Of a DNA stretch of 64,000 nt, positions 63,355 through 64,000 are shown piece by piece. The position numbers and the translations under genes are program-made. Below the pieces are notes generated by a model. That model was given only the letters and a program-made list of their open reading frames with translations. It searched no databases and was not told the DNA's origin. Every line of letters starts with the position of its first letter. Within the stretch, counting starts at the first letter, position 1. The stretch covers positions 84,129,730 through 84,193,729 of the forward strand of contig NC_057718.1 in assembly GCF_004010195.1 (NCBI RefSeq), written 5' to 3'. Source of the DNA: Chiloscyllium plagiosum. Its lineage: Eukaryota.

Positions 63355-64000
63355 GTACAGAATAATATACATATCTTTTTAAGAATTTATATATAATATG
63401 TTCAGACCTTTTGGAGACAGTGAAGCATGGGTTAAGGTGTCATCTTTTAAACTCTTAGCAAAATTTTAATTCCTTATAGACTACCACCTTGTGCTCAGGG
63501 TTATTATGATTGATTTGAATTGTTATTAATCCAGACATAATAAACTTGTGGCTGTTGATTACACACTCATTGAGATGTGGATTTTTAAGAACGCTGATGT
63601 TCTTTGTTTGTGATAAACTGAGTATATATGTGAGTGCTTATGAATCTGTGGCAAAAGAACCAGAGAAGAATTGTGAAGACATTCCTTCATGCACAGCCAG
63701 AAAAAATGGTGAAAATGAAAACTTTGCAGGGCTATGGAGAAAGAGCAGTGGTGTAGGACTAATTAAGTTGCTCTTTCAAAAACATAATAGTCCTAGTCAA
63801 CTCTGGTGCTTTGGAAACATCATTGTTGATTGTCAACAGTAATTGAGAATATTTTTGACACAAAGAACTGGCCTGAGGGCTATCTGCACCAAACTGAAGT
63901 AGAAAGAAACCTTCAACAAAATTGTAGCATTTGGAAGCAGTTTTAAACGGATGAAGAGAGGTAATGAGATCCCAAATGGTACAGACCACAGGGCAGAAAA

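Overview
Eukaryotic genomic DNA, not prokaryotic. The HE1-type SINEs, CR1/HER1-type LINEs and DeuSINEs point to a shark or other elasmobranch; the species cannot be determined from this window. The window lies inside one gene, the DEAH-box RNA helicase DHX57 (+ strand). I resolved 11 internal coding exons (4183-63354), all with GT-AG borders and matching phases. They encode the UBA-like, CCCH zinc finger and RWD-like region and helicase motifs I-V. The start and stop codons lie outside the window. The introns are dense with nested transposable elements: CR1 LINEs, HE1 and Deu SINEs, a Tigger/pogo-like MITE, a young Tx1 LINE, a Rex1/Babar fragment, several Penelope-like elements (PLEs), and the 5' LTR, tRNA-Pro PBS and leader of an antisense ERV that runs into a 500-N gap. 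The most interesting signal is a set of 85-210 bp PLE-derived insertions, four of five with clear target-site duplications (TSDs). They carry a minimal hammerhead-ribozyme core, three fold back on themselves (one is a perfect 86-bp inverted repeat), and they repeatedly end or turn at the hammerhead CUGA box. Exon and TSD coordinates were counted base by base. Boundaries of old repeats are approximate, and family names come from motif recognition, not database searches.
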